Of a stretch of DNA of 64,000 bases, positions 9,701 through 17,846 are shown piece after piece (the stretch's first letter is position 1; every line of letters begins with the position of its first letter). A program made the translations under genes and the position numbers. The stretch is from an uncultured Eubacteriales bacterium (GTDB lineage: Bacteria > Bacillota > Clostridia > Oscillospirales > UBA644). Location of the stretch: assembly GCA_934501435.1 (NCBI GenBank), contig CAKSTW010000005.1, positions 134,011 to 198,010 on the forward strand. The letters run 5' to 3'. Under the pieces are notes generated by a model. It saw only the letters and a program-made list of their open reading frames with translations. It had not been told where the DNA came from and searched no databases.

Positions 9701-10927
9701 ACGATAACCTTTGATACCAACGGCGGTAGTGCCATCGCCCCCATCACACAGGACTACGGCACGGCGATCACCGCCCCCGCCAACCCGACAAGAAAAGGAT
9801 ATACCTTCATCGGTTGGGACAAAGCGATTCCCGCAACCATGCCCGCTGAAAATGTGACCATCACGGCGAAGTGGAAGGTTAATTCGTACACCATCACCTT
9901 CGACACTGTAGGCGGCAGCGAAATTGCGCCGATTACACAGGATTACGGCACGGCGATCACCGCACCTGCCAACCCGACAAGAGAGGGCTACACCTTTATG
10001 GGTTGGGATAAGGCAATTCCCACGACCATGCCTGCCGAGAATATGACTGTCACCGCACAGTGGGAAGTCAATCAGCACACCATTACCTTTGATACGGCAG
10101 GCGGCAGCGAGATCGCGCCCATTACACAGGACTACGGAACGAATATTACCGCGCCTGCCGCACCGACAAGAGAGGGCTATACCTTTATGGGCTGGGACAG
10201 GGAAATTCCCACGACTATGCCTGCGAAAAACATCACAATTACGGCGAAATGGAAAGATGTAGAAAAGCCCACGGGCGAAATTAAAATCAGCGGGAACAGT
10301 TGGAAAGCGTTCCTCAACAACATCACCTTCGGTCTGTTCTTTAAGGACACGCAAACGGTGACGATAAACGCCGCCGACAACAGCGGTGATGCCGTTAAGA
10401 TCGAATATTTGCTGTCGGCTAAAAAGTTGACCGAAACGGAACTTGCAAGTGCTGCATTTACAGCATACACCACACCGTTCGGTATCGACCCCGATAACGA
10501 GTATATTATCTATGTCAGACTGACCGATACGGCGGGCAATACGGACTACATTTGCTCGGACGGTATCGTGCTGGACGGAACAAGCCCCGTGATCACCGGC
10601 ATAGAAAACGGCAAGACCTACTGCGAGGCGCAGACGGTTACGATCACCGAGAAATATGTGGATACCGTCACCGTAAACGGCAAGGAGATCGAGCTTGACG
10701 AAAACGGCAGCTTTACTCTCTCTCCCGCAGACGGCGAGCAGAAAATAGTTGTCACCGACAAAGCCGGCAACACCACAGAGATGACCGTGACGGTGAAACT
10801 GCCGAAATCTCCTCAAACCGACGATAACGGCAAAATCTTGCTGTGGTCTGCGCTGCTCTTTATCAGCGGCGGCGCTGTGATCGGAATGACGGCAATCGGC
10901 AAAAAGAAAAAGCGTTCTGCCGAATAA
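6734..10927 (+). CDS. Large cell-surface protein with Listeria-Bacteroides (Flg_new) repeats and a C-terminal sorting-signal-like anchor
   Basis: Signal peptide MKKRILSILLTLCMVLCLVPITVFA. Three 63-aa repeats YTITFDTxGGSxIAPITQDYGTxITAPAxPTRxGYTFxGWD (DNA tandem repeat 9697-10260). C-terminus ..SPQTDDNGKILLWSALLFISGGAVIGMTAIGKKKKRSAE (motif, TM, basic tail). Confidence 0.8.
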   Translation: MKKRILSILLTLCMVLCLVPITVFAAGGAKAILPGTSAQSILKIDQSRLSFAGHEWWVIGRKTDESNNAPIITLLAVNNDFGDVPFRTGSAVPFENASRYSEDNGYYANNPSDMSQWRKPNEYAGSTLQQKMVSLAEAIPEKEQAVIRPKDITKGITGQEVKAQKLWVLSHEDSIFLYRNSCKYAAQWWTRSSNEVYGYGSWTIHTDGRSGSARNVDYDAAVRPAMELDLSSVLFISAAEHGKVADLTTPIAEYAGDEWKLTLHDSDRDDFTAKTVLVNGSVLEVEYKNAKVGDNEYISAVIKDADGSISRYTRVVQLDGTTNGTRGRAAIDLTGIDMTGKTLCVFNEQFNGDHKTDYAGALREVKLTDEIDEQFTLTPGGRYYFDLSAMNIPGTANDVLPDKTMHYVPFTYAGTVDAYKRTGVSDKNTDAYEHSLFIVDYNVTHTVSWNDLNAQGMIFGKTYTSGGIDYTLRAPSVGRTSMGGAETKRGAPINNEWDTIFDKAKQDRLDNTGGYIKNWKDIYSFGQEGYLDVKDKPAIRGHDSAYFYTYAGASSTEAGYGYRPVLELPTGLAADSLKAVELITAGYMPGEQQNSINIIVKKGESFKAPSAEGLPLYDDISADTPMRWVDENWNFYKSGDTVPADVSELYAFYGGLGLFLDRGNGEVEVTPDNYTDIFGDGTASFVLPKGKSLSSLEESGNLTSKDILGIYSTGKLEKYGSVFPNLKLKNADLTSVRLSEEYIGQESPLFITADGKNTVGSLNGISMSRDTLSILGDGSLTLNGALTLWQYTQYGGGSVTMADGLTAYYLSIDSGSLTVTGDTQAITFRNQYLSDLYMGDGVRLFTGSSAQDATEAVIPQLSAEMQELYQRYLADDNTLTYEEISALSNALRERFNAILPLFSGKTYVRITGAWDVTYQPGENGNGNAVTDIKFYNDILTLRGKLFTRTGYTQTGWATVDGGEKVYGFEDVYTQNAALTLYPVWNTNKYTITFDTNGGSAIAPITQDYGTAITAPANPTRKGYTFIGWDKAIPATMPAENVTITAKWKVNSYTITFDTVGGSEIAPITQDYGTAITAPANPTREGYTFMGWDKAIPTTMPAENMTVTAQWEVNQHTITFDTAGGSEIAPITQDYGTNITAPAAPTREGYTFMGWDREIPTTMPAKNITITAKWKDVEKPTGEIKISGNSWKAFLNNITFGLFFKDTQTVTINAADNSGDAVKIEYLLSAKKLTETELASAAFTAYTTPFGIDPDNEYIIYVRLTDTAGNTDYICSDGIVLDGTSPVITGIENGKTYCEAQTVTITEKYVDTVTVNGKEIELDENGSFTLSPADGEQKIVVTDKAGNTTEMTVTVKLPKSPQTDDNGKILLWSALLFISGGAVIGMTAIGKKKKRSAE
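9697..10260 (+). repeat. Three tandem about 189-bp intragenic repeats encoding Listeria-Bacteroides repeat modules
   Basis: Three DNA units of about 190 bp aligned by eye at roughly 80-85 percent identity. Confidence 0.7.
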
Positions 10928-10946
10928 CAGAGCGCAAAACATCATG

Positions 10947-10993
10947 CGGCAGGCTCGGAAACGCAGGGTTCGCGGGCCTGCCGTTTTATTTTT
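10947..10993 (+). terminator. Intrinsic terminator
   Basis: cggcaggc...gcctgccg stem followed by ttttattttt. Confidence 0.7.
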
Positions 10994-11038
10994 CCGCCGC
11001 GGCGGCATTTCCGGGATAAATCCGCTCTTTGCAGCCCC

Positions 11039-11067
11039 TTGTGTTTTTTTGAGAAATATGTTATTAT
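11039..11067 (+). promoter_or_regulatory. Promoter (-35 TTGTGT, 17-nt spacer, -10 TATTAT) heading an about 80-bp leader that is conserved with the element at 17598
   Basis: The stretch 11039-11115 aligns with 17598-17675: TTGTGTTTT(T/G)TTGAGAAATATGTTATTATATT(T/C)TCAA(-/A)CAG(C/T)CAAAG....CT.TTCCCGTTTTCGGA. Confidence 0.5.
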
Positions 11068-11197
11068 ATTTTCAACAGCCAAAGAGGACTGTTCCCGTTT
11101 TCGGAACAACTCCCGTTTATCGGGTCTCCGGTATGGATATAAACCGTAAAACGGCATTGCGTAATTCGCGTCAGGCATTCGGTAAGAGGATTTGATT

Positions 11198-12631
11198 ATG
11201 AACAGCGTTTTGAAAAAAATCAGGCAAAGCGACGCCTTTAATAAGGAAAACAGAATTCCCTATACAAAGGCTGTCGTACTGATGAGCCTGTTTTCGTTTA
11301 CTTTTTTAGGGGCGGAATTTTTGTTTGTAAATATGATTTCCCGCACCGTTTCGGGAAATCAGTCGGTGACTGCCCAGAACTATGCGCTCGGAATAAGTGT
11401 GATCGGATTTGTTCTTTATCCTCTTTTCTGTCGGTTTTGCAGGGGAAAGCTGCAGTCGGCGGTCACTGTGGGCGCGGCTGTCATATCCGCCGCATGTCTT
11501 TTTGTTATTTGCCGCCACGGCGCTTACGCTCTCACAATGTGCATGGGACTTTTACTGTTTCTTATCCTCGGCGCGTTCGGAAGCGCGGTTTTTTACAAAT
11601 CGCTTTGTCTGCTGGAGGACAACACCTATCTTTCGCGGCTGGCGGGCATTTCCTATATGCTCGGAGTTCTGCTGCAGATCGCAAACAATAACTTGATTCA
11701 TACAGAGACTTTTGAAGCGGTTATTCTTTCCGCCTTTATACTCTTATTGGCAGTCATGCTGATACGGGCAGAGAAGAACAGTATCGTTCCGGTTTTTGTA
11801 AAAGATGATACGGGTGAGAAGTCGGGGAAAAGCGGAAAGAGCAGCTTAAAAATCGTTATAAGTCTTATTTTTTTCGTTGCGCTGCTGACCTGCATTTTCA
11901 GCACAATGGATAATGCCGTCACCTTATACCATGCAAACGGCGTGGTGAATATCGGGCAGTGGCCGAGAATTCTTCTTGCGTTCAGCGGACTTTTCGCCGG
12001 CTTTTTGTTTGATATTGCAGGCAGAAAATATATGGGCATGATCATGTATTGCGTTATGATACTGTCTGCGACCTGCCTTGTGGTTCTTCAGTTTGCCGGT
12101 CCGTTTACTGTCGGACTTATCATTTTTTATCTGTCCGCCGGCTTTTTTGTCGTTTTCTTTACCTCCTCCTTTATGGAGATCGCCCGCTATACGAAAATGC
12201 CGGAACTGTGGGCGGGACTCGGCAGAGCCGTAAACAACCTGATCGCCGTGGCAATTTCCGGCGGTTCCCTCGCGCTGCTCCATTCCGGCAACAATATCGC
12301 CATCATAACCGGCGAATTGCTTCTGTTTGCGCTTGCCAGCGTCTCCGCGCTTGTTTATACCGTCAGGCGGCGATCTTTTTTCGAAAGGCTCTCCGCAGAC
12401 AGGAGTATTGCAAACGGCGAAAAACTTCACAGGCTTTCGGAACGGTTCTCTCTGACTCCGCGGGAGACCGAAGTTTTCGGCTTGCTTGTAAACACCGAGG
12501 ACGGCTTGCAGACGATCGCCGACAATCTGTATGTGTCCAGACGGACCCTGGAGCGGTATGTATCCGCAATATATGAAAAAACCGGCGCGAAATCCCGTAT
12601 CGGGCTGATTTCTCTTTACAACACCATATAA
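11198..12631 (+). CDS. Polytopic membrane protein fused to a C-terminal LuxR-type HTH (membrane-bound one-component regulator)
   Basis: About 10-12 predicted TM helices, then ..FSLTPRETEVFGLLVNTEDGLQTIADNLYVSRRTLERYVSAIYEKTGAKSRIGLI, a LuxR/GerE HTH. Start taken at ATG 11198 (RBS aagagga). The track started at an in-frame TTG at 11192. Confidence 0.7.
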   Translation: MNSVLKKIRQSDAFNKENRIPYTKAVVLMSLFSFTFLGAEFLFVNMISRTVSGNQSVTAQNYALGISVIGFVLYPLFCRFCRGKLQSAVTVGAAVISAACLFVICRHGAYALTMCMGLLLFLILGAFGSAVFYKSLCLLEDNTYLSRLAGISYMLGVLLQIANNNLIHTETFEAVILSAFILLLAVMLIRAEKNSIVPVFVKDDTGEKSGKSGKSSLKIVISLIFFVALLTCIFSTMDNAVTLYHANGVVNIGQWPRILLAFSGLFAGFLFDIAGRKYMGMIMYCVMILSATCLVVLQFAGPFTVGLIIFYLSAGFFVVFFTSSFMEIARYTKMPELWAGLGRAVNNLIAVAISGGSLALLHSGNNIAIITGELLLFALASVSALVYTVRRRSFFERLSADRSIANGEKLHRLSERFSLTPRETEVFGLLVNTEDGLQTIADNLYVSRRTLERYVSAIYEKTGAKSRIGLISLYNTI

Positions 12632-12646
12632 CAGACAGTATCCTTA

Positions 12647-12676
12647 CCTCCCACACGGATGGGAGGTGTTTTTTTT
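12647..12676 (+). terminator. Intrinsic terminator
   Basis: cctccc-acacggat-gggagg followed by tgtttttttt. Confidence 0.8.
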
Positions 12677-12829
12677 ACTCTTTTTCAGAAAAAAGGGCGG
12701 CATTTTGGCTGATTTTTACGAATGGCGGAAGTCCGCCACCCCGTTTTCGCAGATTGGCGGACTTCCCTTATATACAAAACAGTCCTTTACCAATATAATT
12801 ATAAGCAAAGACAGTTAGGAGGAATCCCA

Positions 12830-13984
12830 ATGCGGTGCAACAGTTTATGCCCGACCGGATGTCGGTGGAGTCACTTATCTTTCAAATTATTGGCGGTCTT
12901 TCTGCTTGTGATCATGGCGCTGTGCGGCTGTGCGAAACAGCCGTCGGGAACGGAACCCCCCGATCCTGACAACTCGATGAATGCTTCCACGCAGGCGGAT
13001 CCGGTAAATCTTGAGCAGTTGCTCTTAAAGGAGCGCGGCATACCGTATGACCGATCGGACTACAAAACCTTTGTCGGCGGCGAGGAACTTCTCAACTTCG
13101 ATACCGTTTTCACCGACACGGATCCGGCTGTCGCGAAGGGTGAGCTTACAAGCGTTTTCCTTTCGGGAGGTAAATTATATAAATTCAGCACGGATTCCGC
13201 GCTGCCGAACGGAAAGAACTGCATGGAGATATACAGCCTGCCGGATACGGCAAATCCGATATATCTGCATTCCCGTGATTTTAACGGCGCCGATCTTGAT
13301 GTGATTTTTTCAGACGGCAGACGTTTTTCGCTTGAAGCTCCGTCGAATAACGGCCCGTATGCCGCAAAGGAATCGCAGTTCGGTATGATATACTTTGAGC
13401 ATACCTATCAATATTCCGCAGACGGGAAAACGCTTTCAGAGATACCCGATTTCAGAAGCAGAATAACCCGCTTCGACAGCCGCACCGTAATAGCCGACGG
13501 CAGGCTTTACATCTACGCCGCAAAGCAGAACAAGGATGTAACAGCGGGAATTACCTCTTATTTCGACGATAAAAACCGCGGAGTTATCATATGGGAGGCA
13601 AACTGCTCGGCAATGTCGGAAGGCGAAAAAATAATCACCCTGTTTAACGGCAATATCCTAGTGACCGACAAAGCCTTTTATAAGTTGGTTTACGATGCGA
13701 TTCCCGACAACAACACGGATTATACCGATAAAACCACAAACAACGACGGTACTGCGGCGGAGTATCTGCCTAAATTCGGAGGCGGCGACAGATACCGACT
13801 CAAGAAGATCGAGAAGCTGACCGCGTATTATGACGAGATTGCAACAATAACCCATTCGGCGGCGATAACAACGGATAATAAAATCCTGCCGCTTACCGAA
13901 ATCATTCCGGCGGAGAACGAATATGGCAAATACAGCGCCAACAATATTGAAATACCGCCGGATATAACCGAACTGATGCACTGA
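12830..13984 (+). CDS. Putative lipoprotein of unknown function
   Basis: Start at ATG 12830 (RBS taggagga, 6-nt spacing). Signal and lipobox ..LLAVFLLVIMALCGCAKQ. No recognizable domain. Confidence 0.55.
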   Translation: MRCNSLCPTGCRWSHLSFKLLAVFLLVIMALCGCAKQPSGTEPPDPDNSMNASTQADPVNLEQLLLKERGIPYDRSDYKTFVGGEELLNFDTVFTDTDPAVAKGELTSVFLSGGKLYKFSTDSALPNGKNCMEIYSLPDTANPIYLHSRDFNGADLDVIFSDGRRFSLEAPSNNGPYAAKESQFGMIYFEHTYQYSADGKTLSEIPDFRSRITRFDSRTVIADGRLYIYAAKQNKDVTAGITSYFDDKNRGVIIWEANCSAMSEGEKIITLFNGNILVTDKAFYKLVYDAIPDNNTDYTDKTTNNDGTAAEYLPKFGGGDRYRLKKIEKLTAYYDEIATITHSAAITTDNKILPLTEIIPAENEYGKYSANNIEIPPDITELMH

Positions 13985-13998
13985 ACGGAGGAAAAACC

Positions 13999-15126
13999 AT
14001 GAAAAATTCTATTAAGGCAAGCACTCTCCTTGCCATTGTTCTTGCCGCTGTAATATCCCTTGCTGCCTGCGGCTCTAAAACCACCGTCAACGATGACGGC
14101 ACAAAGACCAAAACCGAGGGCGGGGTCAAAATTACCGAAACGGCGGCAAAAGCCGTGCAGACCGAAATGTACGAAACCGCCGATTTCAGCATTACCATCC
14201 CCAAGGGCTGGACGGTGACTACAGGCGGAACGAATATCTACCACAGCATTCGGATAAGCGACCCGAACGAGCCGCTCAATCAGATGTTTGTGCTGCTCAA
14301 AGCCGACATATTGCTGCACAGTCAGGCGGGTAAAGATGCCTGGCAGCAGAACTATAACGCGGGCAATACGCAGGCGGCAATTTTCACCAAGGCCGTCGTG
14401 CTTGAAAACCCGTCCACCGAAGGATTTTTCAAAATATTTTCGCAGTATGCGGCATTTGCGGCGGAGGCAGAGCCTGCTTATTCGGGATATACCTTCCCCC
14501 GGTTTGATAACTTTACGGTAACCGAACGCTATCCCTCCGCCAGCCCGATGAAGTCCTCCGCCCTCGGCGACGAGCAGCTTCGCGCCTCATTTACGGACAA
14601 CGGCAAAGAGGGCGAGGGTCTGTTTGCCGCCTCTGTCGTGGACTTCGGCAGTTATATGATTTCCGGCGGCAATGTGGTAGGCTATCAGCTGCAGGCGGCG
14701 GACGGCGGCTATTATATGTCGTACAATGTCGTTGCCGTTACCGCGGCGAAGGACTCCTTTATCGAGTGGGAAAGCGTGCTGACCGACTGCTTCAAAACAC
14801 TGCAGTATTCCGACAGCTTTGTCAGCGCCGCCAATCAGGCAAGCAATGAAAAGGTTGCCCTTGCCAAACAGATCAGTCAGAACTTCAATGTGACCATGGA
14901 CGGCTTCATGTCCTCCTGGGAGAGCCGCAATAAAAGTCAGGATATTATGAGCCAGAAGCAGAGCGATGCAATCCTCGGTTATGAGCGCGTGTATGATACC
15001 GAGACCGGCGAAATATATAAGGCCACCAACGGCTTTACCGATGTGTACGACGGCAAGCGGTATCAGCCCGTGACCGATGACAATATGTATGCCGAGCCCA
15101 TCAGCGGCTATATTGAAAAGCAATAA
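13999..15126 (+). CDS. Lipoprotein of unknown function
   Basis: MKNSIKASTLLAIVLAAVISLAACGSK lipobox. RBS ggaggaaaaacc. Confidence 0.6.
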   Translation: MKNSIKASTLLAIVLAAVISLAACGSKTTVNDDGTKTKTEGGVKITETAAKAVQTEMYETADFSITIPKGWTVTTGGTNIYHSIRISDPNEPLNQMFVLLKADILLHSQAGKDAWQQNYNAGNTQAAIFTKAVVLENPSTEGFFKIFSQYAAFAAEAEPAYSGYTFPRFDNFTVTERYPSASPMKSSALGDEQLRASFTDNGKEGEGLFAASVVDFGSYMISGGNVVGYQLQAADGGYYMSYNVVAVTAAKDSFIEWESVLTDCFKTLQYSDSFVSAANQASNEKVALAKQISQNFNVTMDGFMSSWESRNKSQDIMSQKQSDAILGYERVYDTETGEIYKATNGFTDVYDGKRYQPVTDDNMYAEPISGYIEKQ

Positions 15127-15176
15127 AGATTCAAGAATGGTTTGCAACGAAACGGTAATAAAAAGGAGGTCAGATA

Positions 15177-15542
15177 ATGAATGTGCAGCAATCCATTCCG
15201 CAGGACAGCAAAACAACAAAGAGAACATTGCCGTACAATCGGCAATCTGTGATCGTCGCAGTTTATGAAGTTTTGGATAAAAACAGTGCAGAATATGAAA
15301 AAACAGAAGCATCAACTATTTCGGCGGAGATGTCGGTATACGGAAATTTGAACCGGTTTTCTATCTCCGTAAATGAACGGGAAACAGACACGGACCTGAC
15401 CGTAACGATGGTTCACCCATGCGAGGGACTGTCGGATGCCGGTATCCGGCGGGCAACGACTGCCATAGCCGACAGCGTATCGCAACATTTGGAAAACGAA
15501 CTTGAGATAAACAAGGTATCTGTCCAAAAACAACCTGTTTGA
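15177..15542 (+). CDS. Hypothetical protein
   Basis: 121-aa ORF with RBS aaaggaggtcagataATG. No recognizable motif. Confidence 0.45.
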   Translation: MNVQQSIPQDSKTTKRTLPYNRQSVIVAVYEVLDKNSAEYEKTEASTISAEMSVYGNLNRFSISVNERETDTDLTVTMVHPCEGLSDAGIRRATTAIADSVSQHLENELEINKVSVQKQPV

Positions 15543-15566
15543 AAATTCAGAACGGAGGCAATCAAA

Positions 15567-16154
15567 ATGAATGAGTCAAGAGTATTTATGTTGAATGGCA
15601 CAGAGGTGTCACAGATCGTTACCCGGTTGGAAAACTTCTTCCGCACCGAAAAAGGCATGGAGGTTCAGAGTTCACAGACAACGGACGGCTATGTCATGCA
15701 GGCAAGCCAGCCGAAGGACGGCTGGAAAACTCTTACCGGAATGCGGCTGGCTCTTACCGTGCAGATGGCGGTGATGGGCGACAAACTGAATGTCAGCGTC
15801 GGCGAAGGTCAGTGGTCGGATAAAATAGGAGCAGGCGCCATCGGTCTGTTTGTGGCATGGCCGCTGGCGATAACCGCCGGAATGGGTGCGCTCAAGCAGA
15901 AAAAGCTCCCCGGCGAGGTGTTTCAGGTGATAGAAAACGTCATTATGTCCGGCGGAAAACCCGTGGTCGTGACCGGAGCCGGTCAGACTGTGGCGGCAGG
16001 CATGATCGTATGCCCGAACTGCAAGGAGCAGCTATCCGCCGATGCAAAATTCTGCGATCACTGCGGAACAAAGCTCGGCAAAAAGTGCCCGAACTGCGGC
16101 GCGGTCGTGAAGCCGGGCAGCGCCTTCTGCTCCGAATGCGGAGAAAAACTGTAA
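15567..16154 (+). CDS. Zinc-ribbon domain protein (C-terminal double zinc ribbon)
   Basis: C-terminus CPNCKEQLSADAKFCDHCGTKLGKKCPNCGAVVKPGSAFCSECGEKL. One central hydrophobic segment. RBS acggaggcaatcaaaATG. Confidence 0.6.
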   Translation: MNESRVFMLNGTEVSQIVTRLENFFRTEKGMEVQSSQTTDGYVMQASQPKDGWKTLTGMRLALTVQMAVMGDKLNVSVGEGQWSDKIGAGAIGLFVAWPLAITAGMGALKQKKLPGEVFQVIENVIMSGGKPVVVTGAGQTVAAGMIVCPNCKEQLSADAKFCDHCGTKLGKKCPNCGAVVKPGSAFCSECGEKL

Positions 16155-16168
16155 GAAAGGAAACAAAG

Positions 16169-17386
16169 ATGATGAAGAAAAAAATATTCAAAACAAAACT
16201 GCTGACCGTCCTGCTCACTCTCTGCATGGTGCTGTCGCTGCTGCCTATAACGGCGTTTGCGGAATCCGGAGCGTATGCCGTTAAATTTTACCCCGGAGAT
16301 TACGGAACCATGACTAAAAACGACCGGATCCCGTTTGTGTATTATGGCATTGACGATGAAGTTAACAAGCCCTACTACTACAAGCTGAACGTATCCGGGA
16401 CAGAGGCTCTCGGCTTTACCGGCAGCATCATCGACGTTTTGCTTCCGAATTCGGGATACGAGTTCGCCTACTGGACAGCCGATGCTGCCGTCTACCCGGT
16501 CGGCAGCGATACTGCCGTTCCTGCCGGCACCGTTCTTTCCTCTGATCAAATACAGAACGGAATTACCGTGAAAAGCGACGTGACGTTCACGGCTCATTTT
16601 AAGCAGATCTCTGAATATCCTGACGATTCGGTAATCACCGCCGTTGAAATCATCGGCGCAACCCTTTCCTACAAACCGGGAGACGCTCCGCAGGCAACAG
16701 CTGCCGTAGCAGCCGCCGATCAGGGCAAATACCGGATTGCCAATGAATACTGGCAAGAGTTAGATGAAAACGATGTGCCCGTTGCCGCATGGTATTCCGA
16801 CGGCGGGGCGTACAGCACTTTGCCGACCGTTACTACGTTTGAAAGCGGAAAAAAATATGTATATTCCGTTATGCTGCTGCCGGAAAGGGGATATGACTTC
16901 AGCAGAGAAGTCGCCGCTACGGTGAACGGAAACTCAGTGACAGCGGTTCCCGCCACAGACGGATACCTGAGTCTTCCCAATGTTAAAACGATTACGCCGA
17001 CGGCGGAACCCCATACGCATAGTTACGGTACGGCGTGGAAGCATGACGGAACGAACCACTGGCACGAATGTGCCTGCGGAGACAAGGCGGACACGGCGGC
17101 GCACACCTTCAGGTGGGTTACCGACAAGGAAGCAACCGCAACCGAAAAAGGCTGTAAGCACGAAGAATGCACCGTCTGCGGCTATAAGAAAGCGTCCGTT
17201 GAAATTCCCGCGACCGGTTCAGGGAACGGCTCGGCTGACCGACCCGGCAATACCTCTTCTCCGCAGACCGGCGACAGCAGTCCGCTGCTGTGGTTTGCTC
17301 TGCTGTTTGTCGGCGGCGTCGGCGCCCTGACCGTATTCGGCATCACCAAAAAAAGAAAAAAATCCGACATCACCGAAAAACGCTGA
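16169..17386 (+). CDS. Cell-surface protein with an SPQTG-type sorting signal
   Basis: Start at ATG 16169 inside the longer track ORF. Signal peptide MMKKKIFKTKLLTVLLTLCMVLSLLPITAFA is a paralogue of the 6734 protein signal. C-terminus ..SSPQTGDSSPLLWFALLFVGGVGALTVFGITKKRKK: a (S/P)PxTG motif of the clostridial sortase-B type, then a TM helix and a basic tail. Confidence 0.7.
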   Translation: MMKKKIFKTKLLTVLLTLCMVLSLLPITAFAESGAYAVKFYPGDYGTMTKNDRIPFVYYGIDDEVNKPYYYKLNVSGTEALGFTGSIIDVLLPNSGYEFAYWTADAAVYPVGSDTAVPAGTVLSSDQIQNGITVKSDVTFTAHFKQISEYPDDSVITAVEIIGATLSYKPGDAPQATAAVAAADQGKYRIANEYWQELDENDVPVAAWYSDGGAYSTLPTVTTFESGKKYVYSVMLLPERGYDFSREVAATVNGNSVTAVPATDGYLSLPNVKTITPTAEPHTHSYGTAWKHDGTNHWHECACGDKADTAAHTFRWVTDKEATATEKGCKHEECTVCGYKKASVEIPATGSGNGSADRPGNTSSPQTGDSSPLLWFALLFVGGVGALTVFGITKKRKKSDITEKR

Positions 17387-17410
17387 AAACTTAAAACAGT
17401 CTTAAAAAAA

Positions 17411-17447
17411 CGGGAAGCGACCGAAAAACGGAGCTTCCCGTTTTTTT
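17411..17447 (+). terminator. Intrinsic terminator
   Basis: cgggaagc...gcttcccg stem followed by a T7 run. Confidence 0.85.
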
Positions 17448-17597
17448 GAAAAAGAGGGGAAAACATAAATATCCGCATTGAAATGCTTGTCGGAAGAAAA
17501 AATGCGGAGAGAACTTAATAAAGATATATTCCGATACAAATGCGGCTTTTTGCAACCCGTGAAAATGCAGAAATAAATCTGTCTTGTTGCGGGATAC

Positions 17598-17626
17598 TTG
17601 TGTTTTGTTGAGAAATATGTTATTAT
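17598..17626 (+). promoter_or_regulatory. Promoter (-35 TTGTGT, 17-nt spacer, -10 TATTAT) plus conserved leader: second copy of the 11039 element
   Basis: Same architecture and about 85 percent identity over roughly 75 nt with 11039-11115. A 5' UTR of about 215 nt precedes the 17847 gene. Confidence 0.5.
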
Positions 17627-17846
17627 ATTCTCAAACAGTCAAAGTCGGCTCTTCCCGTTTTCGGACCGATTCCTGTCGAACCGTAACTGACGGAACGGAG
17701 AACCCCCGGGATCCGGACGGTATTACGGAATTTGTGTCGGAGTGAGTAAGAGTATCTATTCATAAACGGCTTGCCGAAAAAAACCGACAGGGAAGTTGCC
17801 GCGCAACAGCCGGATATTCCCTGACCGAGAAAGAGAGATTTACCCA

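Noticed and set aside
8828-11008. 726-aa ORF on the minus strand
   Set aside because: Antisense to the 1397-aa surface-protein gene. It is Arg/Gly/Cys-rich as expected from reverse-frame translation of GC-rich coding DNA and has no RBS or domain signal.
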